From assembly GCA_963785235.1 (NCBI GenBank), contig CAWAUM010000010.1, positions 160,001 to 224,000 of the forward strand: DNA of 64,000 nt. Reading direction: 5' to 3'. Below are positions 9,075 through 20,336 of the stretch, piece after piece. The notes beneath the pieces were generated by a model that was given only the letters and a program-made list of their open reading frames with translations, did no database searches and was not told the origin of the DNA. The number at the start of each line of letters is the position of its first letter. Within the stretch, counting starts at the first letter, position 1. This DNA is from an uncultured delta proteobacterium (GTDB lineage: Bacteria > Desulfobacterota > Desulfomonilia > UBA1062). A program made the translations under genes and the position numbers.

Positions 9075-10377
9075 GGCCCGTGTCATCGGAGGTGGGCTGG
9101 CCGGGGTTGAAGCGGCACATATTCTCGCCAAGGCAGGGGTGCACGTAGACCTGTTCGAGATGCGCCCGGCCAGGGCGACCCCTGCCCATAAGACAGACTT
9201 GCTGGCTGAGCTCGTGTGCAGCAATTCATTCAAGGGTATTGACCCCATGACCGCCCACGGCATTTTAAAGCGTGAAATGCAATCACTGGGCTCCATCATC
9301 CTTACTATTGCCGGCAAGACATGCGTCCCTGCAGGAAAGGCACTGGCCGTTGACCGCACAGCCTTCGCCTCGCAGATTACCGAATATATTACTGCTCAAA
9401 GCCTGATTACCCTTAGGCGTGAAGAAGTAAAAACCATTGAAAGAGATTGCCCCACCATCATTGCCACCGGGCCGCTGACCTCTGATGCGTTGGCCCGGGA
9501 CCTTGCCTGTCTGACAGACAGCAGCCGGTTATTCTTCTATGATGCCATCTCTCCCATTATTGAGGCCGAGAGCATAGACATGGGCCATGCATTTTTCGGG
9601 GCCAGGTGGTCTGATGACAATAGGGACTACCTCAACTGCCCCCTTGATGAGGATCAGTACCGGCTGTTTATGGAAGAGCTCCTGAAGGCGGACAAGGTGG
9701 GCTCCCATGAATTTGAGGATGCCAGGTTCTTCGAGGCATGCCTGCCCATAGAAGTGCTCGCTTCAAGAGGCACGGATGCCTTGCGTTTCGGACCTATGCG
9801 TCCGGTGGGCCTGAAAGACCCCTCAACCCTGAAAAGGCCCTATGCCGTAGTTCAGCTGCGCAAGGAAAATCTCCCGGGCAATGCCTACACCATGGTGGGT
9901 TTTCAGACCCGCCTTACCTACCCGGAGCAGAAGAGGATCATCGGCCTGATCCCGGCGCTTTCATCCGCCAGATACCTGCGGTATGGGAGCATCCACAGGA
10001 ACACCTATCTGGACTCGCCTCGGGTTCTCGGATCAGATTTACGGCTGTTGGGCCTACCAAACACCTATCTTGCGGGCCAGATCATGGGGGTAGAAGGATA
10101 TATGGAATCAGCAGCCACGGGTATCCTGGCCGGCATCTCCCTGCTCGGAAGAATCAAGGGTAAACCATTCCACCCCCCGGGTACCGAGACGGCCATGGGG
10201 GCACTGTTGCACTATATAACCGATTGCCGGATAAAGGTTTTCCAACCTATGAACATCAATTTCGGAATCATGGCCATACCTGATGTACCAAAAAACAGAC
10301 GATCCGAGGCAAGGAGCGAAAGGGCATTCCTGGCATTCAGTCAATGGGAGAATTCTCTCGCAGACACTTTGGGCTGA
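9061..10377 (+). CDS. trmFO: Folate/FAD-dependent tRNA m5U54 methyltransferase
   Basis: GGGLAG, LAELVCSNSF, FFYDAISP, GPMRPVGL, GFQTRL, HRNTY, GVEGYMESAA. Confidence 0.95.
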   Translation: MSFPRARVIGGGLAGVEAAHILAKAGVHVDLFEMRPARATPAHKTDLLAELVCSNSFKGIDPMTAHGILKREMQSLGSIILTIAGKTCVPAGKALAVDRTAFASQITEYITAQSLITLRREEVKTIERDCPTIIATGPLTSDALARDLACLTDSSRLFFYDAISPIIEAESIDMGHAFFGARWSDDNRDYLNCPLDEDQYRLFMEELLKADKVGSHEFEDARFFEACLPIEVLASRGTDALRFGPMRPVGLKDPSTLKRPYAVVQLRKENLPGNAYTMVGFQTRLTYPEQKRIIGLIPALSSARYLRYGSIHRNTYLDSPRVLGSDLRLLGLPNTYLAGQIMGVEGYMESAATGILAGISLLGRIKGKPFHPPGTETAMGALLHYITDCRIKVFQPMNINFGIMAIPDVPKNRRSEARSERAFLAFSQWENSLADTLG

Positions 10378-10411
10378 TCATTTTATGATCTTTAATTTTT
10401 ATTGATGCTTC

Positions 10412-10440
10412 TTGACAGACACATCGATAATCATTACACT
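10412..10440 (+). promoter_or_regulatory. Sigma70 promoter of the cold-shock gene
   Basis: TTGACA-17 nt-TACACT. Confidence 0.75.
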
Positions 10441-10595
10441 AAGACTGCCTGGACAATGGTCATTATCATATTTAACCGTGGTAAAACCCGCCAAAAGTTT
10501 TCCCCGGATTTTGATAATACCCCTTTTCCAGACATTAACACCAGTGGCTTAAACCCTCTTTCCCGGGGAGCAGGCCCAAAAGAACGGAGGATTGA

Positions 10596-10796
10596 ATGGC
10601 TACAGGAACAGTGAAGTGGTTCAATGAGAAAAAGGGTTTTGGTTTCATCACACAAGATAGCGGCAGCGATGTTTTTGTCCACTATTCAGCAATCAAGGGA
10701 GATGGTTTTAAGACGCTTTCCGAGGGAGATAAGGTTACCTTCGAAGTAACCGACGGACCCAAAGGTCCGCAAGCATCAAACGTAATGAGGCTGTAA
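10596..10796 (+). CDS. Cold-shock protein (CspA family)
   Basis: [15 protein letters not shown] and DVFVHYSAI (RNP1/RNP2); RBS GGAGG. Confidence 0.97.
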   Translation: MATGTVKWFNEKKGFGFITQDSGSDVFVHYSAIKGDGFKTLSEGDKVTFEVTDGPKGPQASNVMRL

Positions 10797-10803
10797 TCTT
10801 CTT

Positions 10804-10830
10804 ACCGGGGCAGGTCTCTCCTGCCCCGGT
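10804..10830 (+). terminator. Hairpin downstream of csp (probable terminator)
   Basis: ACCGGGGCAGG-TCTCT-CCTGCCCCGGT, 11-bp stem with a weak T tail. Confidence 0.6.
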
Positions 10831-10888
10831 TCAATGATATTTCAGCGTACATTAAAAAACCTTGTAGTCCTTTTAGGGCGAGGTGCTC

Positions 10889-12343
10889 ATGATGAAGGTT
10901 ATTCAAGGTTTACATCCGCAGAGTCTCTGGCGCAACTTCTGGGAGATCTCTCAGATACCCCGCGAATCAGGCAACGAATCTAAGGTGTCTGAATATATCC
11001 TCTGCAAGGCCAAGACCCTGGGGATGGACTGCCGGTTAGATGAGACCCACAATGTCATTGTGAGAAAACCAGGCATCACGGGCTTCACCCCTATCGCCTT
11101 ACAAGCGCATACGGATATGGTATGCGAAAAAGACCGGGATACCGAGCATGATTTCAACAACGATCCGATTCTTCTCGTGCGCGATGGATCCTGGATCAGG
11201 GCCGGCCACACTACGCTAGGGGCAGACAACGGCATCGGGGTGGCAGCCATGCTTGCGATTATGGAAGACCCGGCGCTGATCCACCCCCATCTTGATCTTC
11301 TCTTCACCGCAGAGGAAGAAACCGGCCTCACCGGGGCATACAATCTTTCCCGAGGATCATTTTCCGCCCCTGCCCTCATCAATCTTGATTCAGAGGAGGA
11401 GGGAACCTTCTACATCGGGTGCGCCGGAGGCATGGATACGGAGCTCATCCTTGAACCTGATTTCACGACAGTTCCTGAAAATACCGTCCCTGTGGGGGTA
11501 AAGATAACCGGACTCAGGGGCGGTCATTCAGGCGTTGATATTCACCAGGGGCTGGCAAATGCAATTAAGCTGCTCAACCGCTTCCTCCATGCCACCTATG
11601 AAGCATATGGATTTCACCTTGTATCCATCAGGGGGGGCAACAAGCATAACGCCATCCCTCGCGAGGCCGAAGCGGTAATTCATATTTCAAGACCCGACAT
11701 TGACGCACTGAAGAGGGAAGCGGTTCATTGGAACAATATCTTCAGATCCGAGTTCAGTCTTATTGATGATGGGGTTACACTCACGCTTGAGGAGTTGGAC
11801 CAAAGCACCCACAGAGTAATCGAACCCGAGGATACGGCAAAGATACTAAACCTCCTCCAGGCCATTCCCCATGGGCCCTTAAAGATCGACCCGAAGCTGG
11901 ACAACACCGTGGTCACTTCAACAAATTTAGCGGTCTGTTCATTCAAACTCGACAATTTCGTGGTTACCACCAGCCAGAGGAGCATCACCCAGAGCGCGCT
12001 GCACGACATGGCCTCGCAAGTGGCCTCTGTGGGCGAGTTGGCAGGCTGCCGTGTCAATAAAGGCAATTCCTACCCTGCATGGAAGCCGGACCTTTCTTCT
12101 CCCCTTCTAAAGAAGTGCACAGGTCTCTATCATGAGCTCTTACACAAGGAGCCCATGGTGAAAATAATCCACGCCGGATTAGAGTGTGCAGTAATCGGTG
12201 AACGGATTAAAGGACTCGATATGATATCGTTCGGCCCCACCATCGAGCAGCCTCACTCACCCAATGAACGTGTGAATATTGATAGCGTGGAACGATTCTG
12301 GCATTATCTGCTGGCGCTGTTGAGGCAATTGGCGGGGAAGTGA
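10889..12343 (+). CDS. pepD: Aminoacyl-histidine dipeptidase (M20 family)
   Basis: LQAHTDMVCEK, TLGADNGIG, EEETG, NLDSEE, GGHSG, IHAGLEC, HSPNE. Start is ATG 10889 or 10892. Confidence 0.93.
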   Translation: MMKVIQGLHPQSLWRNFWEISQIPRESGNESKVSEYILCKAKTLGMDCRLDETHNVIVRKPGITGFTPIALQAHTDMVCEKDRDTEHDFNNDPILLVRDGSWIRAGHTTLGADNGIGVAAMLAIMEDPALIHPHLDLLFTAEEETGLTGAYNLSRGSFSAPALINLDSEEEGTFYIGCAGGMDTELILEPDFTTVPENTVPVGVKITGLRGGHSGVDIHQGLANAIKLLNRFLHATYEAYGFHLVSIRGGNKHNAIPREAEAVIHISRPDIDALKREAVHWNNIFRSEFSLIDDGVTLTLEELDQSTHRVIEPEDTAKILNLLQAIPHGPLKIDPKLDNTVVTSTNLAVCSFKLDNFVVTTSQRSITQSALHDMASQVASVGELAGCRVNKGNSYPAWKPDLSSPLLKKCTGLYHELLHKEPMVKIIHAGLECAVIGERIKGLDMISFGPTIEQPHSPNERVNIDSVERFWHYLLALLRQLAGK

Positions 12344-12478
12344 ACAGTTCTTGTTTTTTTTAACCTGTTGCTCGTCAATTACTGTTTTAAGAACCCTGTC
12401 TACACCTCGATACAGCTTTTTTGACTTGGCAAGAAAAATATATTCTGTAATATCTTACGTAAGACACAGGAGGGTTTT

Positions 12479-13639
12479 ATGTATAAAATAGATCTGCTCA
12501 ATAACATCTCAGAAAAGGGCTTAAGTCTGTTCACGGAAAAATATGAGTGCCGCGCCGATATTTCTGAACCGGACGGTATCCTGGTACGGAGCAAGGAAAT
12601 GAAAGACATGAGCTTGCCCGGCAGCGTTAAAGCCATTGCCCGGGCCGGTGCCGGGGTCAACAATATCCCCATCGACAAATGTTCGGAAAAAGGCATAGTC
12701 GTTTTTAATACCCCGGGTGCAAACGCAAATGGGGTAAAGGAACTGGTCATCTTAGGCCTGTTACTGTCCTCACGGAAAGTGACGGAAGGAATCTCCTGGG
12801 CCAGAGGGCTGGTGGGTGAAGGCGACAAGGTGCCTGAACTTATCGAAAAGGGAAAATCCAAGTTCGGTGGAACGGAAATACTGGGCAAGAAGATGGGGGT
12901 AGTCGGACTGGGCGCGATTGGCATCATGGTGGCTAACGCCGCCGAATCGCTCGGCATGGAAGTGTGCGGATATGATCCGTATCTGTCCATTGACGCCGCA
13001 TGGAGACTGTCTCGCAATATAAAGAGGTCGGCAAGCCTGGACCGCTTGTTGGCTGAGTGTGATTACATTTCGCTGCATGTCCCTCTTAACAAGGACACGA
13101 GGGGATTCATGAATGCCGAAAAATTTGCGGTCATGAACAACGGGGCAAAGCTCTTGAACTTCTCCCGAAGGGAACTGGTGAATTCAACTGATTTACAGAA
13201 AGCCATTACCGATGGTATCGTGAGCTGCTACGTGACAGATTTCCCCGATGAAGAACTTATAAAAATGGATAAGTGCATAGCCATCCCTCATCTGGGGGCG
13301 TCGACCGAAGAGTCTGAAGAAAACTGCGCTATTATGGCGGCTCTGCAGCTCATGGATTTCCTGGAGAATGGGAATATCAAGAATTCCGTCAACTTCCCGG
13401 AGTGTTTTCTCGACAGGTCGAGCAATCAGAGATTCACCATCTCCAACCAGAACTCGCCGGGCATGATTGAGAAAATCACACACCTGTTCGCCGATAACAA
13501 GATCAACATCGCCGACATGCTCAACAAAAGCAAAGGTAATATTGCCTATAATATTATTGATATCGATACCGATATTAACGACGATCTGATAAAAAAAATC
13601 GGATCCGTCGAAGGCGTAATCGGGGTCAGGGTACTTTAA
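12479..13639 (+). CDS. serA: D-3-phosphoglycerate dehydrogenase, short type with C-terminal ACT domain
   Basis: ARAGAGVNNIP, NTPGANANGVKE, GLGAIG, PHLGASTEESEENCA, NSVNFP, ACT-like tail. Confidence 0.9.
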   Translation: MYKIDLLNNISEKGLSLFTEKYECRADISEPDGILVRSKEMKDMSLPGSVKAIARAGAGVNNIPIDKCSEKGIVVFNTPGANANGVKELVILGLLLSSRKVTEGISWARGLVGEGDKVPELIEKGKSKFGGTEILGKKMGVVGLGAIGIMVANAAESLGMEVCGYDPYLSIDAAWRLSRNIKRSASLDRLLAECDYISLHVPLNKDTRGFMNAEKFAVMNNGAKLLNFSRRELVNSTDLQKAITDGIVSCYVTDFPDEELIKMDKCIAIPHLGASTEESEENCAIMAALQLMDFLENGNIKNSVNFPECFLDRSSNQRFTISNQNSPGMIEKITHLFADNKINIADMLNKSKGNIAYNIIDIDTDINDDLIKKIGSVEGVIGVRVL

Positions 13640-13668
13640 AAAAAGCACCTTAAAAATTTTTACGTTTA

Positions 13669-13710
13669 AGCAAGAGTGCCCGGTGTAGATCAGCCGGACA
13701 CTCTGCTTTT
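13669..13710 (+). terminator. Probable intrinsic terminator after serA
   Basis: AGCAAGAGTGCCCGG...CCGGACACTCTGC followed by TTTT. Confidence 0.55.
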
Positions 13711-13828
13711 GAGATTGGCTCAGAGAATCTATATTGCTCATCACCCTTCTTTCCTCTCTTGTGGTTGACACCTCAAGAACCATTTGTTAAAAGTGCTCCG
13801 AACCTATAATTCCGGCTAAGGAGGGACC

Positions 13829-14119
13829 TTGAAGATATTGATAAGCGATAAGCTATCTGATAGGGGAGTTGAAATCCTTAAGAACGGTGGTTGTACGGTT
13901 GATGTGAAGACCGGCTTGAACCCCAAAGGGCTCATGGGAACCGCAGGCATGACACTCGGTGAGGCTGGCATTAACATCGCGCGGTTGTTCCTGGGCAGGG
14001 ACCGCCAGGAAGGCACCGCCACTACTATTATTAGGGTTGGTGCCGAAGTACCGAAGAAGGTCATTGAGAAGATCAGAAAGGTGGGGAATGCCTTTTCCCC
14101 TCAAGAGGTCTTCATATAG
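13829..14119 (+). pseudogene. Internally deleted long-type serA relic (N-terminal ~32 aa fused in frame to the ACT domain)
   Basis: MKILISDKLSDRGVEILKNGGCTVDVKTGLNP joined to GLMGTAGMTLGEAGINIARLFLGRDRQEGTA...; strong RBS AAGGAGGG before TTG. Confidence 0.75.
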
Positions 14120-15436
<1,317 letters not shown>

Positions 15437-15458
15437 CCGGGCCTTTAGGCTCTTACCC

Positions 15459-15659
15459 TCAGGAATGACCTTTCGAAGAACACGACGATGTGGTTGCGCA
15501 TGTACCGCAGCCCCCTTTGCCGGATGCGGTTATTGACATCTTCTTTCTTACCTTAACGCTTTTACATGTGGGGCACGCAGGATTATCCTTTGCACTCATA
15601 GGCACAAGAACCTCGAAATCTTTACCGCATTTTTTGCATTCATACTCATATATGGGCAT
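15459..15659 (-). CDS. FmdB-family zinc-ribbon protein
   Basis: MPIYEYECKKCGKDFE...CPTC motif. Confidence 0.88.
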   Translation of the reverse strand: MPIYEYECKKCGKDFEVLVPMSAKDNPACPTCKSVKVRKKMSITASGKGGCGTCATTSSCSSKGHS

Positions 15660-15856
15660 ATCTCTACCTCAGGTCAGCTGTTGTGTTTCTTGATCCTTAG
15701 GTAGTTCTCCTGGTGTCCCTTGTCAAGTTATTAGAAAAATATGAGGTTGTCTGTCCTGACACTTCTTGGATTCAAACCAGCCAATGTTATCGGTGAAATA
15801 AAAAAGCTGAGGTGAAAATATGAACTCACCTCCTCTTCTTGTGGATAGTGTTTGTA

Positions 15857-16525
15857 TTACAAGACTTTTTTGTGCAACACGACATAACGGTGCCCGGAGA
15901 AAAATCTGGAGAGTGGTATTGAGCGGAATACTTCAAATCCCATTTCCTGCGCTATTTGATTTATTTCAGATTCTTTCAGCGTCCATTTGGATCTTTTCCC
16001 ATTGAATACCCTGCGTATCTCACGCCAGATATTCTTAATGGAATAGTAATCAAAATAGGTGAAAATAACCCATTGTCTGCTGATCCGCAGGAGTTCATGC
16101 ACATAGGTGAGACGTTCAGAATATTCCCGGATGTGATGGCAGAGACGGATCGAGAGAACGAGGTCAAATGACTGATCAGCAAAAGGCATATAAAGTGCAT
16201 TTGTACGTATATATGCATCTGCCTCCTTTAGAGAGGGATTTGCACGCTGGTTCTCCTGGGCAATCTTTAATAAAGGAAAGCTCCAATCAGCTTCAAAAAC
16301 CCGTGGGGCATGTTTCCTCAATATAGGCATGAGCCTGCCGTAACCACAGGGAAGATCAAGAGCCGTGCTTATATGTGTCTTCGATGCAATCTCTGTGATC
16401 AATTTTTGTGCAACTCGGGTTTCATTCCAGTTACCTACACGTTCGGTCCATTTCCTCTCGAATTTTGTTGTGTAGCTTCTGGCTCCATTCTCACTGTTGT
16501 AATGGTTGAGTATCTCTTTATCCAT
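15857..16525 (-). CDS. Class I SAM-dependent methyltransferase
   Basis: ALDLPCGYGR motif I; PFADQSFDLV. Confidence 0.85.
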   Translation of the reverse strand: MDKEILNHYNSENGARSYTTKFERKWTERVGNWNETRVAQKLITEIASKTHISTALDLPCGYGRLMPILRKHAPRVFEADWSFPLLKIAQENQRANPSLKEADAYIRTNALYMPFADQSFDLVLSIRLCHHIREYSERLTYVHELLRISRQWVIFTYFDYYSIKNIWREIRRVFNGKRSKWTLKESEINQIAQEMGFEVFRSIPLSRFFSGHRYVVLHKKVL

Positions 16526-16542
16526 AATGCAACACTACCATC

Positions 16543-17430
16543 CTATTTTTTTTTATCAAATAAATAAGTAACCAACGCAGTTGAATAACTGGCAACCTTA
16601 GAGAACCAGCCTAGTTTATCACTAGCTCTCATGAAATATATCAATCGCTGTCGCAGGTCTTCAGAGTATTTACCCAGCGGGTCCGGGAGATATGTTTTGA
16701 AAAAGAGATCAATGGCAGATTGATCTCTGAGGTGAATGAAACCACCAAGCACTGTAGACAAATCCTTCAATTGGCCCCAGTTTGCTAGAGGCCCGGACAG
16801 AAATCTTGCGTATGGCTGGTCAAGAAAGAGAATGCTGGGATTGCAAAGGTCTGGCTCATGAATAAGAATATTTCTTGTATTGGGTCGTAGCAGAAAGAAT
16901 TTATTTGAATGCATCTGTCTGAAGTAGTAACCCAGCTTCTTCAAAATTTGGGCCACCGATTCATCGAAATGTGCTTCAGCAGATGTTTTTACCAGCCAGA
17001 AACGAAGGTCATTTGTATCCTTTGCCTTGGCCGTAATGATAAAACAGCTTTTAACTCCACCCACCCTGTCCCATCGAACACCCCATCCTGCAGCCTTTAT
17101 GCAAGGGATATTCTGCTGCTCTAAATAACTAAAGGTGAGGTATTCCCGTTTTGCCTTGGGCATAATACCTATTGTCCTAATTCTGGACAGACCGGGGTAT
17201 AAATAATGTTTGAAAAAGAAATCTTCATTCAGGGTGTTCCACAGACGTATCTGTGTACGTTTTTCATTCTTGATTGACATTCCTTGCTTTTCCACTAAAT
17301 AGTCATACAGCACTGAGGTATCTGAGCAAGGGGATATCATGTCCAGGTAAGGTTTTCGAATGACCAATTTAAAGCCATTCCTGAAATCACCCGCTTCCCA
17401 TTCATCTGAATATATAAATGATTTTGGCAC
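16543..17430 (-). CDS. LPS kinase (Kdo/WaaP/InaA)-like protein
   Basis: FFKHY...KAKREY...IPC...MH...RNIL...FLD layout of the Kdo/WaaP family; visibly AT-rich. Confidence 0.65.
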   Translation of the reverse strand: MPKSFIYSDEWEAGDFRNGFKLVIRKPYLDMISPCSDTSVLYDYLVEKQGMSIKNEKRTQIRLWNTLNEDFFFKHYLYPGLSRIRTIGIMPKAKREYLTFSYLEQQNIPCIKAAGWGVRWDRVGGVKSCFIITAKAKDTNDLRFWLVKTSAEAHFDESVAQILKKLGYYFRQMHSNKFFLLRPNTRNILIHEPDLCNPSILFLDQPYARFLSGPLANWGQLKDLSTVLGGFIHLRDQSAIDLFFKTYLPDPLGKYSEDLRQRLIYFMRASDKLGWFSKVASYSTALVTYLFDKKK

Positions 17431-17610
17431 AATGCATGTTTATACGTAATACTGAGATTAGGCAAGTCAGATCTGTGTCTGAAGGAGAAAGCACAATGAA
17501 AGAAAGACATCAATTTGCAGCACCCTGCGGGCTTTACTAAACATAACCTATCGTGTCAGATCAAATTCAATGCGCATTCAATGTTGTTTGATTATATACC
17601 GGTTATTACA

Positions 17611-18657
17611 TCAGCCGTGCCCCTGTGCTATCGAGCTTACATCTTCAACAAACATCCGAATGTCTTCCTCCGTGGTGTCCCAGGAGCACATGAGCCTCAC
17701 CCCGCCTTCCCCTATGAAGGTATAGAACCGCCAGCCCATGTCATGGAGCCCGTTGATCATGGTCAAAGGCATCTCCACAAAGACAGAGTTGGCCTCCACC
17801 GGGAACATGATACTCATTCCTCTGATCTTCCTGATCTCATCATGCAGGATCCGGGCGCATCGGTTTGCATGTTCGGCATTTTTCAGCCACACCCCATCAC
17901 TCAAGAGCCCTATCCATGGGGCTGAAAGAAATCGCATCTTGCTGGCAAGCTGGCCTGCCTGCTTGCAGCGGTAATCGAACTCAGCAGCCAGCTGCCTGTC
18001 GAAAAAAACAACCGCCTCCCCTGCTGCAATGCCGTTTTTCACCCCACCGAAGCAGAGCACATCCACCCCTGCCTTCCAGGTGAGGTCCTTGGGGGCTACC
18101 TTCAGAGTTGCCAGGGCATTGGCAAGCCGGGCCCCATCCATATGGAGGCGCAATCCCAGGCGCTTCGCCAACTCGCCCAGGGCACGAAGCTCATCTACGC
18201 TATAGACCGTACCCACCTCGGTAGCCTGGGTGATGCTGATAACTTTTGGCTTGGGATAGTGAATATCCGTCCTCTTCAGTGCAACCTCTTCCAGCTCTTT
18301 GAGTGAAAGCTTGCCGCCGGGGCCGCCTGCCAGGAGGATCTTGGTCCCATTGGAAAAGAACTCGGGCGCGCCGCACTCATCGGTCTCGATGTGCGCAAGC
18401 CGCTGGCAAATGATGCTATGGTATGATTGGCACAAAGATGCCAAAGCAAGTGAATTTGCGGCAGTGCCATTGAAGACGAAGAACACGTCGCAATCCGTCT
18501 CGAAGAAGTCCCTCATCATGTTGCAGGCCCTGCTCGTGTATTCGTCTTCGCCATAAGGGATGCTGTGGGCTGCATTCGCACGGGAAAGGGCTTCAAAGGC
18601 CTCAGGACAGATACCCGAGTAATTATCGCTGGCAAATTGGCGTCTCATCCTTTCCAT
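17611..18657 (-). CDS. ltaE: Low-specificity L-threonine aldolase
   Basis: FASDNYSG, VFNGTAAN, DECGAPEF, LHMDGARLANA, CFGGVKNG. Confidence 0.92.
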   Translation of the reverse strand: MERMRRQFASDNYSGICPEAFEALSRANAAHSIPYGEDEYTSRACNMMRDFFETDCDVFFVFNGTAANSLALASLCQSYHSIICQRLAHIETDECGAPEFFSNGTKILLAGGPGGKLSLKELEEVALKRTDIHYPKPKVISITQATEVGTVYSVDELRALGELAKRLGLRLHMDGARLANALATLKVAPKDLTWKAGVDVLCFGGVKNGIAAGEAVVFFDRQLAAEFDYRCKQAGQLASKMRFLSAPWIGLLSDGVWLKNAEHANRCARILHDEIRKIRGMSIMFPVEANSVFVEMPLTMINGLHDMGWRFYTFIGEGGVRLMCSWDTTEEDIRMFVEDVSSIAQGHG

Positions 18658-18679
18658 AAATCGGCCCCCTTCCCCCTTT

Positions 18680-20171
18680 TTATTTTGTGGCCAGGGATCT
18701 TACAAACTGCGCATATTGAGAGACGTGGCTCAGCGCCCTCAAGGCATTACCCAGATCGCTGAACACCGGTATGTCCCTTTCGAGAAAGACCTGCCGGGTC
18801 TCCCTGATAAGATCTGTTATATCAAGAGAATCGTTGCCCTGTTTGAACTCGGGCATTACAAGGATGATAGGCTTGCCGGTCGAGATCCATCGCATCCCTC
18901 ATGGCAGTGCTGAGCTCCCTGTACGGGGCAATCTCCTTGACCGAGTCAACACCCAGCCCCATGGCAACAGCCTTGAAATGATGCAGGAGCTGGATGAGCA
19001 CCTGGACATCAATGCGGGGGTCACTGCCGGCCAGCTTGAACACCTGCCGGTATGCATCAGGGCCCACAAAGGGATTGGCGGCATCAATGGGGTTTCTGGC
19101 ACTGGACCCCGGCCTGGGGAGTGATTCAAGAATTTTCTCGCTCAAGGCATCATCAAATCTGGGCATGTCGATCCCATAGCGTTCAGCCAGATCACCGGCA
19201 CTCACGCCCAGTGCCCCGCCGCCGCCTGCCACGCTGACGCCATGGTAATTCATTATGGGCAGCATGGAAAAGGCAAGGCAGGTCTGGGCAAGCTCCCACA
19301 GGTCACCCACCTGAATGGCGCCTGCCTGACGCAGCGCAGACTCCCAGATCACCTTGCTCCCGCCCATGGAGGCCGTGTGACTGGCAACGGCCCTGCCCCC
19401 TGCCTCTGACAGGCCGCCCTTATTGATGATCACGGGTTTTCGGGCCGTTACCTGCCTGAGGACCCTGAAGAACTCGCGTCCGTCCTTTACCCCTTCCATA
19501 TACATGGCAATAACCTTGGTCTCCGGGTCGCGGCCCAGGTACTCCAGGAGCTCGGTCTCCCGCAGGTCGGCACCATTGCCGAAACTGATGACCTTGGAGA
19601 ATTTCACCCCCATCCACTTGCCGATGTGTGCGAAATCTATGGACATGCCCCCGCTCTGGGAGATAAAGGCTACATTTCCGCTCTCCCGGGAGAGGTCCGG
19701 GCCGGGCAGCAGGGTAAGCCCGCTTGCCGGGCAGTAGATGCCGAAGCAGTTGGGACCGATCACGCGTATCCCTTTTGCTGCGATAGTGCGGACCTCATCT
19801 TCCAGTGCCTCGCCCACGGTTGTTCCGGACTCGGAAAACCCGGCAGAGAGGATCTCGGCGCCTGCAATACCAAAAGTCCTGCATTTTTCCAGGGTTTGCG
19901 GTACATGCTCCGCAGGAACGGCGATGATGGCAAAATCAACCGGGTACGGGATTTCATCAAGGCTCCTGTACAGCTCTCTGCCATTGATCCGGCCGCCATT
20001 GGGGTTTACCGGAAAGATCCCGCCGGCAAATCCTATGGCGGTAAGTGCGCTCATGATGCCGCTGCCGAAACCGGCTCCCTTTGGGGAGACACCTATGATG
20101 GCGATATTTGCGGGATGGAAGATACGATCAAACACATCGTCGTTGCGGGTTTGCTCAATTATGCTCTCCAT
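18680..20171 (-). CDS. ADP-forming acyl-CoA synthetase alpha-type CoA-binding protein (one apparent frameshift near 18870)
   Basis: IRVIGPNCFG, FISQSGG, SFGNGADL, ASHTASMGG, NPIDA; the C-terminus continues in ORF 18680..18895. Confidence 0.85.
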
Positions 20172-20336
20172 GGTTACCCCTCGTTCTGAACATGATGATT
20201 AGTAAAAATAAGTTGATCTCATTCTTTCTGTTTCCTTCAGTTTTGTCAATGCAGACAGGATTGTAGCACAACCCCTTTACAGGTCGGTCCGGCAACATTA
20301 TACTTGGAGGCAAATCAAAGTGAATGGCAGGGGACT

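Noticed and set aside
15459-15461. TGA at the end of the FmdB-like gene as selenocysteine
   Set aside because: It is followed by GGG TAA, is not in a Cys-motif position, and has no convincing SECIS.
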